Shown here: positions 38,166 to 45,649 of the stretch, one piece after another
Layout: each line of letters opens with the position of its first letter
Position numbering within the stretch: position 1 is the stretch's first letter
NCBI GenBank assembly: GCA_005882715.1
Contig: VBEI01000002.1
Span: 1-53,292, forward strand
Length of the DNA stretch: 53,292 nucleotides
DNA from: Chloroflexota bacterium
GTDB lineage: Bacteria; Chloroflexota; Dehalococcoidia; SM23-28-2; RBG-16-64-32
Direction: 5' to 3'
Notes under the pieces: model-generated
What the model was told of the DNA's origin: nothing
Seen by the model: the letters and a program-made list of their open reading frames with translations, nothing else
Database searches by the model: none
Made by a program: the position numbers and the translations under genes

Positions 38166-39737
38166 ATGTTAAACTGCATGAGCCCCATTCTTCAACTCCA
38201 CCGACAACTGTCGAATGGTCTTGACGTCGTTCGGCGAAGCAGTGAGGGATGTTTGCGTCTGTCGTCTCTAACGACAAAGACAAACCTGCGCTGGGCATGC
38301 GCGTCTGCGGCTGTGTCGGCAGTCCTAATATTCGCAGCCAGCGGACAGAGCGGGGGCACACGGCCGCAGAACCTGAGCGCCGCGTCTCTGAAAACCGCTG
38401 ACCCCACACCGAGACCGACGGCGAAGCCAACGCCCGCACCGACGGCGGCGCCCACACCGGCGCCAACGCCCGCTCCAACTCCCGAACCGCCACCGCCACC
38501 CCCGCCTATAGCGCCCGAGCCGGAGCCGGTCGCGGCGTCCGGGCCGGCGCCACTCCCGGGCACGGGGCCGAACTACTACGTCGACGATGTCAACGGGAAC
38601 GATGGCAACGGCGGCACCAGCGAGTCGGCCGCGTGGCGCAGCCTGGATCGCGCCAGCGACTTCACGATTCCCCCCGGCGCACGCCTGCTGTTCCGCCGAG
38701 GCGGAGCGTGGGCCGGGACGCTGAAGATCGAGGAGAGCGGTGCCGGAGGCCTCCCGGTGGTGATCGGGTCCTACGGCAGCGGCCCTCTTCCGGTGATCCA
38801 GGGCGCGAACGACTGCATCGCGCTCTTCGGCTCCGGAATCATCGTCGCGCAAATGCAGATGCAGGACTGCTGGTCGGGGGTCAGGATTCCAGCTGGGGCT
38901 TCGTCGAACCGCGTGCAGGACAGCGTGCTCGCGGGAAACGTCGCGGGCGTGCTGGTCAGCGAGGGCGCCTCCGACAACGCGATCATCGGTAACACATTCC
39001 AGAACAACAACAAGATGTCCGTGAATACACCGGGCGGATACGACGACTCGGGGGCGTTTGGCGTTCTGCTGAACGGCGACCGCAATGAGGTCGCGTATAA
39101 CCAGATCTCCGGGAGCGACGCCTTCTCCTACGACTACGGGCGGGACGGCGCAGCCGTCGAGATCTACAAGGGCCAGGGCAACAGCATCCACCACAATACG
39201 GCGGTCGATAACCATGCGTTCAGCGAGCTCGGCGACCCACGCACTCAGGACAACACGTTTGCGTACAATCTAGTGCAATCGTCTCTGCCCGACTCGACGT
39301 TCCTGGTGACCAGAGGCGGCCAAGACGGGCATGGGCCGGTGGTGAACACGAGGCTCTTCAACAACACCGTCGTCATGACGGGGCCGGGCAGCCAGGGCTT
39401 CGTCTGCCACGGTGGGTGCAACGGCGGCGTGCTCACGATGAGGAACAACGTCATCCAGGCCGTACAGAAGGCTGGGTATGCCGACGGCGCCTTCGACGAG
39501 GACTATGACTTCTACGCCGGCGGCATAACACAGTTCCCGCTCGGGCCCCACAGTGCGGTCGGCAACCCGATGTTCAACGACCCGTCAGGGGGCGACTTTC
39601 ATCTTGCCGGTGGCAGCCCGGCCGTCGACAGCGGTATCGACACGGGATACAGCGCAGATCTCGAAGGCCGGAGTGTGCCACGGGACGGAAACGGAGATGG
39701 GTTTGCCGTTGCGGACAGAGGCGCCTTCGAGCGCTAG
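38166..39737 (+). CDS. Secreted right-handed parallel beta-helix repeat protein with a Pro/Thr/Ala linker
   Basis: Signal-like LRWACASAAVSAVLIFAASG, then a PTPAPTAAPTPAPTPAPTPEPPPPPPP linker and beta-helix repeats. C-terminus DPMFNDPSGGDFHLAGGSPAVDSG..DRGAFE. The likely true start is TTG at 38253, after GAGGGA. Confidence 0.75.
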   Translation: MLNCMSPILQLHRQLSNGLDVVRRSSEGCLRLSSLTTKTNLRWACASAAVSAVLIFAASGQSGGTRPQNLSAASLKTADPTPRPTAKPTPAPTAAPTPAPTPAPTPEPPPPPPPIAPEPEPVAASGPAPLPGTGPNYYVDDVNGNDGNGGTSESAAWRSLDRASDFTIPPGARLLFRRGGAWAGTLKIEESGAGGLPVVIGSYGSGPLPVIQGANDCIALFGSGIIVAQMQMQDCWSGVRIPAGASSNRVQDSVLAGNVAGVLVSEGASDNAIIGNTFQNNNKMSVNTPGGYDDSGAFGVLLNGDRNEVAYNQISGSDAFSYDYGRDGAAVEIYKGQGNSIHHNTAVDNHAFSELGDPRTQDNTFAYNLVQSSLPDSTFLVTRGGQDGHGPVVNTRLFNNTVVMTGPGSQGFVCHGGCNGGVLTMRNNVIQAVQKAGYADGAFDEDYDFYAGGITQFPLGPHSAVGNPMFNDPSGGDFHLAGGSPAVDSGIDTGYSADLEGRSVPRDGNGDGFAVADRGAFER

Positions 39738-39850
39738 CTCCGGGCCTCGCCGTCGGTAGCGCCCTCGCACGAACCGATGCAACAGGACGGCGGACGCCGG
39801 TGTCTTTAGTACTCAGGCGCGATAAGGCGCGGCAACCAGGAGGCAATGCA

Positions 39851-40648
39851 TTGATCGATCCTCAAGCACAAGGCCAGGGGCGTTTTCTTGGCTTCACGCC
39901 CAGGCAGTTGAACGTGGGGTTCTTGACTGCCGTTGGCGCGGCAGCCGCCGGCATCTGCGTGTGGCTGTTTGCTTTCGGCGGCCTGGACTCAATTACCGGA
40001 GACAGCACAACCGAAGAAGGCGTCGTGGACACTACGGCTCGCGAGATATCAAACGCGGACCTGGAACGTATCGCACTCCGACCGGAGCAGTTCCCGACAG
40101 AGTACGCAGGCTTTGCCGCAGACGAGGACAACGGGCCACTCACGCTTGAGAAGAATGCGAACCAAGCGTTCGATCCGATCGAACAACGCGCACAGTTCGA
40201 GAGTTCCGGTTGGGTCACAGGCTACGATGCCGCATATAGAGATCGCCAACCGGCGCCCGACAAGGCGTTTTTTCTCGACACTCAGCTAGACCTCTTCAAG
40301 ACGGTGGATGGAGCGGCGGGCTTCTTCACAACGCAAATGGCGGAAGCGACGCAACATCAGGGCCAGGCGAAGGACAACGTTACCGAGGTTGAGGCCTCGC
40401 TATTCGATGTATCGGTCGCCGAACAATCAGCTGGCTTCCGCGGTCACTATAGGGTTCAGCTTGAAGACGGCTCGCAGCGCGAATATTGGCAGATCGGCAT
40501 CGCGTTCCGGCGCGGTCGCCTGCTTGGCAGCGTCACTTTGGCCGGACTCGAACTGAGCGACGCCGGCAGGCAGGTCCTCGAGGGACACGCCGCGGACCTG
40601 GCGAATAGATTGAACAACCAAATGACGGCCGCGCTGTCGACTCGCTAG
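39851..40648 (+). CDS. Hypothetical membrane-anchored protein
   Basis: TTG at 39851 lies 7 nt after AGGAGG. There is one N-terminal TM (FLTAVGAAAAGICVWLFAFGG). No family was recognised. The ORF track starts it at 39800. Confidence 0.55.
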   Translation: MIDPQAQGQGRFLGFTPRQLNVGFLTAVGAAAAGICVWLFAFGGLDSITGDSTTEEGVVDTTAREISNADLERIALRPEQFPTEYAGFAADEDNGPLTLEKNANQAFDPIEQRAQFESSGWVTGYDAAYRDRQPAPDKAFFLDTQLDLFKTVDGAAGFFTTQMAEATQHQGQAKDNVTEVEASLFDVSVAEQSAGFRGHYRVQLEDGSQREYWQIGIAFRRGRLLGSVTLAGLELSDAGRQVLEGHAADLANRLNNQMTAALSTR

Positions 40649-40654
40649 CGAACC

Positions 40655-41065
40655 CTAACACTCGACGCCGACCGGTTCGGTCACCGGGGTCTGGTCTGAG
40701 GCGGACCCGCGGTGGCGCACAACTGCCGCCACGCTTACAACAGCAACGACGGCGGACATCGCCATAACGGAACCAGCGGGCGGCGCGAACCCAGTGAGAG
40801 CGCGGATCAGATACACCACATATGAGTCCGTGTAAGGCATTCTTTCACCGGCGCGGTGACGTAGCGCCTGTTCGAGGGCGACAAGCGGGCATTGTCCAAG
40901 GAAAGCCCGGCCCGTGACCATGATGGAGATCGCCAGGTTGTGGAGACGCCATAAGACCCGCTTCCCGTGGTAATAACCGAGATACGCGAGGACCGCCGAT
41001 GGGAGTGCGAGGACGACAAACACGCCGTGGAGAACAAACACCCAGTCCGCCAGCAATGCGAGCAT
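40655..41065 (-). CDS. DUF2784-like membrane protein
   Basis: ATG preceded by AGGAGG. VFVLHGVFVVL..GQCPLVALEQALR pattern. Confidence 0.6.
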   Translation of the reverse strand: MLALLADWVFVLHGVFVVLALPSAVLAYLGYYHGKRVLWRLHNLAISIMVTGRAFLGQCPLVALEQALRHRAGERMPYTDSYVVYLIRALTGFAPPAGSVMAMSAVVAVVSVAAVVRHRGSASDQTPVTEPVGVEC

Positions 41066-41256
41066 CCAGTCCTCCTGACGAATAAAGCCGCTTGATGTTT
41101 ATCAATAAGCTACCACGAACGATGGTCAGAGGTTAGCAGCGGGCCTCTTTGTCAGGTCGGTGACAAGCGAACTAGGTCGGGCGCCCGCTTACTCGTCGGA
41201 GCCGAGGAGTGAATTGGGTCGCAAGCAAAGAACCTGGTCTTATCGGAACGGTTTAG

Positions 41257-41451
41257 TCACGCTCGATGACTTGGCGTTCGGTGAGAGCCGGTCATGTCTT
41301 GCTCTCCCGCCAAGATCCGTCCGAGTCCGATGATCATCGCAATCATGGCTAAATAGATCAGACCGAGACCGCACAAGATCGCTGCATCCGCGACCATTTC
41401 GACTGCGCCTCCAAAGTGATCAGCATCACGTGCTTGACGAGCGGACTGCAT
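41257..41451 (-). CDS. Possible small membrane protein (64 aa)
   Basis: Hydrophobic core AILCGLGLIYLAMIAMIIGLGRIL. It overlaps the 3' end of the zinc-ribbon ORF by 26 nt. Confidence 0.3.
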   Translation of the reverse strand: MQSARQARDADHFGGAVEMVADAAILCGLGLIYLAMIAMIIGLGRILAGEQDMTGSHRTPSHRA

Positions 41452-41629
41452 CGGTCCGATGCAAAGGAAACTCGAGGAGCAAAGCCTCGCTGGACGCCTT
41501 CGGTGCCTCGCCGATTACGAGACGAAACCGTGTGAAGCCGCACCGCATGCAGCTTATGTAGCGTCCCCATTTGTCCGTTTGGGCGAAGACGTCGCTGTGG
41601 CACCGGGGGCACGCCTTCGACCAGATCAT
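41426..41629 (-). CDS. Possible small C4 zinc-ribbon protein (67 aa)
   Basis: MIWSKACPRCHSDVFAQTDKWGRYISCMRCGF (CxxC-17-CxxC). GGAGGGGAG lies 13-17 nt upstream of the ATG. Confidence 0.4.
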   Translation of the reverse strand: MIWSKACPRCHSDVFAQTDKWGRYISCMRCGFTRFRLVIGEAPKASSEALLLEFPLHRTDAVRSSST

Positions 41630-41793
41630 TGCGGCTATCGATCTCCCCTCCGAATCTAGTCGCTTCCGCTAACTGACGCATTAACCTGCGATGAATTACG
41701 GATGACAATCGTGTGAAACTGGGGCAGCGAGAGAGGTGAGGTAAACTGCGGCCGTCCCGAGCGGCAATATTCCGAGCGAGCGCCCAGCCGGCT

Positions 41794-42732
41794 CTAGCTC
41801 GCCTCGTCGACCTTTCTGGTTCGGCGGCGCGCAGCCGGGCGAGTCTCCGCCTCCGGCTTGGGCGCTTCTTCGGCGGACAGCTCGGGTGCGGTTTTCGCGC
41901 GGCGGGTGGGCCGCTTCGGCTGCCGCTCCTCGGCCGCCGTCGCTTCGGGTGCGGCGGCAGCGCGGCGGGCGCGCGGTTTCGGCGACGTCGCTTCGGCGAC
42001 GGCCTCCGCCTTCGCTGGCTCAGGCTGCGCGGCCGGTTTGTCGGCCTTCGCGCGGCGCTGTCCGTCCGTCCGCTTAGGCCCTTCCGCTGTCGCGACGGGC
42101 GCCACGCGCTTGCTGCCCCAGAGGCCTTCTGCGACTTTGACCGCTTCCTCCGTCATGAGCAAGTGAGCATGGTTCAGCATATCGCCGACGTTCAGGTACG
42201 CCGCCGGGAGCACCTTCGTCTTCTGAAGATTTCGGGCGCTGGCGAGGATCGACCTGTCCGCCTGCCCGGTGACGATCAGCGCCGAGCGCTCGATTCCGAC
42301 ATTGCGTAGGATGCTCAGCATTTCCTTCGTCTTCGGGGCCTTGAATGCCAGCTCATCGATCACAATGAGCTGGCCGTCCGCGACCTTCCCGGAAAGCGCG
42401 GACCTTATGGCGAGGCGCCTCATCTTCTTATTGATTGCGAGGCCGAAGTCGCGCGGCTGCGGCCCGAAAACGATGCCTCCGCCGACGTAGATCGGCGCGC
42501 GGATGCTGCCGTGGCGGGCGCGGCCGGTGTACTTCTGCATGCGGACCTTGCGGGTGCTGCCCTGCACCATGCCTCGCGTCTTCGTATTAGCCGTGCCCGC
42601 GCGCTGGTTGTTGCGCTGGGTGACGAACGCCTGGTGAAGGACGGCCTCGTTCGGCTCGATGCCAAATACGGAGTCATCGACGTCGAGGCTGCGCAGCTCC
42701 TTGCCCTGCGCGTTGACGACCGGGAGCTTCAT
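41794..42732 (-). CDS. rplD: 50S ribosomal protein L4 with a C-terminal A/K/P/E/R-rich extension of about 105 aa
   Basis: The L4 core runs MKLPVVNAQGKE..RQKYTGRARHGSIRAPIYVGGG up to ..EEAVKVAEGLWG, followed by a low-complexity tail. Confidence 0.94.
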   Translation of the reverse strand: MKLPVVNAQGKELRSLDVDDSVFGIEPNEAVLHQAFVTQRNNQRAGTANTKTRGMVQGSTRKVRMQKYTGRARHGSIRAPIYVGGGIVFGPQPRDFGLAINKKMRRLAIRSALSGKVADGQLIVIDELAFKAPKTKEMLSILRNVGIERSALIVTGQADRSILASARNLQKTKVLPAAYLNVGDMLNHAHLLMTEEAVKVAEGLWGSKRVAPVATAEGPKRTDGQRRAKADKPAAQPEPAKAEAVAEATSPKPRARRAAAAPEATAAEERQPKRPTRRAKTAPELSAEEAPKPEAETRPAARRRTRKVDEAS

Positions 42733-43361
42733 TTCTTGGCCCGGCGTCCGGTGAGCCTGACCTTCAAAAGAACGCCCTCGTTGCCGGGAACGGCGCCCTT
42801 CACCATGAGGATGCCCTTCGCCGAGTCAGAGCGCACAACTTTGAGGTTCTTGACTGTGGCCTGCCCCGTGCCCATGTGGCCGGCCATCTTGACACCCTTG
42901 ATCACGCGACCGGGGTCCGTGCCGGCGCCGATGGAGCCAGGCGCGCGTGCGCGGTCCGACTGGCCGTGGGTCTTCGGGCCGCCGCGAAAGCCGTGGCGCT
43001 TCATGACGCCCGCGAAGCCGTGGCCCTTGGTCGCGCCGGAAACGTCGACGATGTCGCCCGGCTCGAAAATCTCGCAACCGACCTTCTTGCCGACTTCCCA
43101 TTCACCGATATTGTCAACGCGCAGCTCGCGCAGGTAGCGGAACTGGCCGAGCTTTCGCATATGGCCTTTAAGGGGCGAGTTGACCTTTTTGCGCGTGCCA
43201 AAGCCCAGCTGCAGCGCCTCGTAGCCGTCGCTCTCCTTGGTCTTGACCTGGACGACGGTGCAGGGAAGCGCCTCGATCACGGTTACAGGCACGGCGCTGC
43301 CGTCAGGCTCGAACACCTGCGTCATACCGATCTTGCGCCCCAGAATGCCTTCGATGGTCAT
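42729..43361 (-). CDS. rplC: 50S ribosomal protein L3
   Basis: GILGRKIGMTQVF..VSGATKGHGFAGVMKRHGFRGGP. Confidence 0.96.
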   Translation of the reverse strand: MTIEGILGRKIGMTQVFEPDGSAVPVTVIEALPCTVVQVKTKESDGYEALQLGFGTRKKVNSPLKGHMRKLGQFRYLRELRVDNIGEWEVGKKVGCEIFEPGDIVDVSGATKGHGFAGVMKRHGFRGGPKTHGQSDRARAPGSIGAGTDPGRVIKGVKMAGHMGTGQATVKNLKVVRSDSAKGILMVKGAVPGNEGVLLKVRLTGRRAKK

Positions 43362-43425
43362 GGTTAGTCTCGAATCGCTTGTACGCCCGCGCGCGACAGC
43401 CGGTCACGACGTCCCATGGCGTGGG

Positions 43426-43466
43426 GATAACCTATAACAGTGTACAGAGATTCACGTTGGGGTCAA
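43426..43466 (-). promoter_or_regulatory. Candidate promoter module upstream of rplC (TTGACC-16 nt-TACACT followed by GTTATAGGTTATC); copy B
   Basis: Minus strand reads TTGACCccaacgtgaatctctgTACACTGTTATAGGTTATC, about 70 nt upstream of the rplC ATG. It is near-identical to 35981-36021. Confidence 0.55.
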
Positions 43467-43628
43467 TCGCCTGGTGTGCGGGTCCGGGTTGAGGCCCCGC
43501 TCTCACTGGTTGATGCTTTGAAGTTCGTATTGTAATTCGCTCCAGTACTTACGAAAGAATTCTGAGTTCCTTACACCGGGTCGTGGTCCCGCGCCCCGCT
43601 GTCGATAGCGACATATTCCCGATAATCT

Positions 43629-43671
43629 GTTAAGATGCGGTAAATTGCTAATCGGTTAAGATGCGGTAAAT
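43629..43671 (+). repeat. Perfect 17-bp direct repeat GTTAAGATGCGGTAAAT x2 (26-bp period) just upstream of the ECF sigma gene
   Basis: Copies at 43629-43645 and 43655-43671, separated by tgctaatcg. They lie 24 nt before the GTG at 43695. Confidence 0.9.
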
Positions 43672-43694
43672 GACCATCAAACCTGGGGGATCTG

Positions 43695-44327
43695 GTGACA
43701 ACGCGGGACGAACAAATGCGGCATCAATTGGTCTCCCCGGCTGGGGTCTATCCTCCGGCTCGAATGGAGGGCATTGCTGAAGAAGAACTCGCTCGACTGC
43801 TGAAAGAGCGTTCAATAGCGGCCTGGGAATTCTTGTTCGAGCGGCATTTCGATCGGGTCTATCGGTATGCCCTTGGCCGCTTATTCTGCCGAGAAGCAGC
43901 TGAGGACGTTGCTGCTGCAACTTTTGACCGGGCATTGGCCCTGATAGACGGCTACTCATACCGCGGGCGGCCCGCACTCGCCTGGCTCTACGGAATCGCG
44001 CGTAATGTCGTGAAGGAATCGCGGCGCAATGACGTTCGCCAGCAAGGCGCGGGACTGCTCAGGGGGTTGCATCCCCATCGTAACGGTCACCGCACAGACC
44101 ACGTGATCCCGCTGAACCATATGGATAGCGCTGACGCCGCCGTATCCCGGATCGACCTGACTCGTGCGATTGCCAGGCTTACGGAGATCCAGCGTGAAGT
44201 GGTGCTTCTCCGATACTTCGCCGGCCTTTCGGCAAGTGAGACCGGCCGCGTAATCGACCGCCCCGAGACGGCTGTCTACGCGCTGCAGGCGCGCGCGCTG
44301 GCGGCGCTGCGGCGGCAACTCACCTAA
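43695..44327 (+). CDS. ECF-type RNA polymerase sigma-70 family factor
   Basis: Region 2 is FERHFDRVYRYALGRL..WLYGIARNVV. Region 4 is LTEIQREVVLLRYFAGLSASETGRVIDRPETAVYALQARAL. Confidence 0.85.
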   Translation: MTTRDEQMRHQLVSPAGVYPPARMEGIAEEELARLLKERSIAAWEFLFERHFDRVYRYALGRLFCREAAEDVAAATFDRALALIDGYSYRGRPALAWLYGIARNVVKESRRNDVRQQGAGLLRGLHPHRNGHRTDHVIPLNHMDSADAAVSRIDLTRAIARLTEIQREVVLLRYFAGLSASETGRVIDRPETAVYALQARALAALRRQLT

Positions 44328-44368
44328 CAACAAATAGAAGAATCTAACTAATTGCCCGTCTGATCTGC

Positions 44369-45442
44369 TTGTCGCGCGGTCATAAGCCATCGAATCGCCC
44401 AGAGGGAGACAGCCAACTGAACGCCCAGCAGCGCGACATCCTTATTGCCTGCCTTCGACGAGTCGAGCAAGGAGACCGCCTCGACTCGGTCCTCCGCGCC
44501 TACCCGAAGGAAACGCGCTGGCTACGAGAGCATATAGCGATTTCAAGGGCGCTCTATATCGTGGGCGAATCGTCTCCCATCAACAAAGAGCGGGCACGCG
44601 AACGCATCTTGAGTACCGTCGCTCATTCAACGGCCCCTTCTGCCATTTCAAGCCGCCGTCAATTTATCTTCGCCGTCGCGCAGGCCGCGTTGATAACGGT
44701 CGGCGTTCTGGTCCTGATGGTGGGTGCAGCCGCCGCGGCTGGCGTCGACCTTAGCTCAGTTCCGAGACATGTTGTTGACACTCTGGCCGAGCCGCTGCCG
44801 CTATCAGCCCAGAGCCTAGAGAACTCGGGCGCGCGTAAGCCGGGAGAGGGAGAGCCTCGCGCCGCTTCTGGCGGTAGCGATCGCGAGGTTGCTCGGTCGG
44901 CTGGGGGACCCGCCATCGAGGGCGATCTTTCAACCCTTACGAGTACCGGCTCTCGTGAGGTCGATCCCAATGATACTAACTCGCTGGCGCAAGGCGGTCA
45001 GCCCAGCCGGACGAATCCACCTGCCAGCGACACACCCGACGGCAACTCGCCTGGTAACGGCGGCCATCCCGGGGGCGAAAACCAAGAGGGCAACCATGGC
45101 AATCAGCCGGGCACGACTGGCCCACGAGATCAAAACCCGAGCCATAGTGGCCAACCCGGCAGCGACGGACACAACGATTCCAACTGCCCCGGCAATCAAG
45201 GAGTTAGCAATCAGCAGGGCCAAACCGACTCGAATGGCAACGGGTCGAACGGCGATAAGCCGAACGGCTCGAGTGGCGACGCATCGAATGGCTCGAACGG
45301 CGGTGGGTCGAACGGCGGTGGGCCGACGCTCTCGACGGGCGACGCACCGAATGGCTCGAACGGCGGCGCGTCGAGCGGCGCGAATAGCAACGCGGCGAAT
45401 GAGGCGTCCACCGACCATTCACTCATATTCACTCTCTATTAA
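44369..45442 (+). CDS. Putative anti-sigma factor: single TM, with a long G/N/S/P/D-rich low-complexity C-terminal region
   Basis: Lies directly downstream of the ECF sigma gene. TM is FIFAVAQAALITVGVLVLMVGAAAAAG. The start codon is uncertain. Confidence 0.55.
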   Translation: MSRGHKPSNRPEGDSQLNAQQRDILIACLRRVEQGDRLDSVLRAYPKETRWLREHIAISRALYIVGESSPINKERARERILSTVAHSTAPSAISSRRQFIFAVAQAALITVGVLVLMVGAAAAAGVDLSSVPRHVVDTLAEPLPLSAQSLENSGARKPGEGEPRAASGGSDREVARSAGGPAIEGDLSTLTSTGSREVDPNDTNSLAQGGQPSRTNPPASDTPDGNSPGNGGHPGGENQEGNHGNQPGTTGPRDQNPSHSGQPGSDGHNDSNCPGNQGVSNQQGQTDSNGNGSNGDKPNGSSGDASNGSNGGGSNGGGPTLSTGDAPNGSNGGASSGANSNAANEASTDHSLIFTLY

Positions 45443-45649
45443 CGGAAAGACGCCGTGATCCGAATTAGGCTGCTAACAACAAAGGTTTAGATCCGGTAAA
45501 GGAGTTGGGATGAATTCGGTCGGTGCCACTTGTGCGGAAACGGACAAACAAGGCTCGAACGAGGGTGCGCCGAACGATCAGAACAGCGGCGTACCGCGTG
45601 GGTTGAAACCGAGCCACGGCGGCCCAGCTGGAACAGGCGGGACGAAGTA

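Noticed and set aside
35794-41793. Interpreting the 6-kb interruption as a mobile element or genomic island.
   Set aside because: No integrase, transposase, tRNA target, terminal inverted repeats or direct target-site duplications were seen. The only flanking repeat is the promoter-sized module, which also encloses rplC-rplD.
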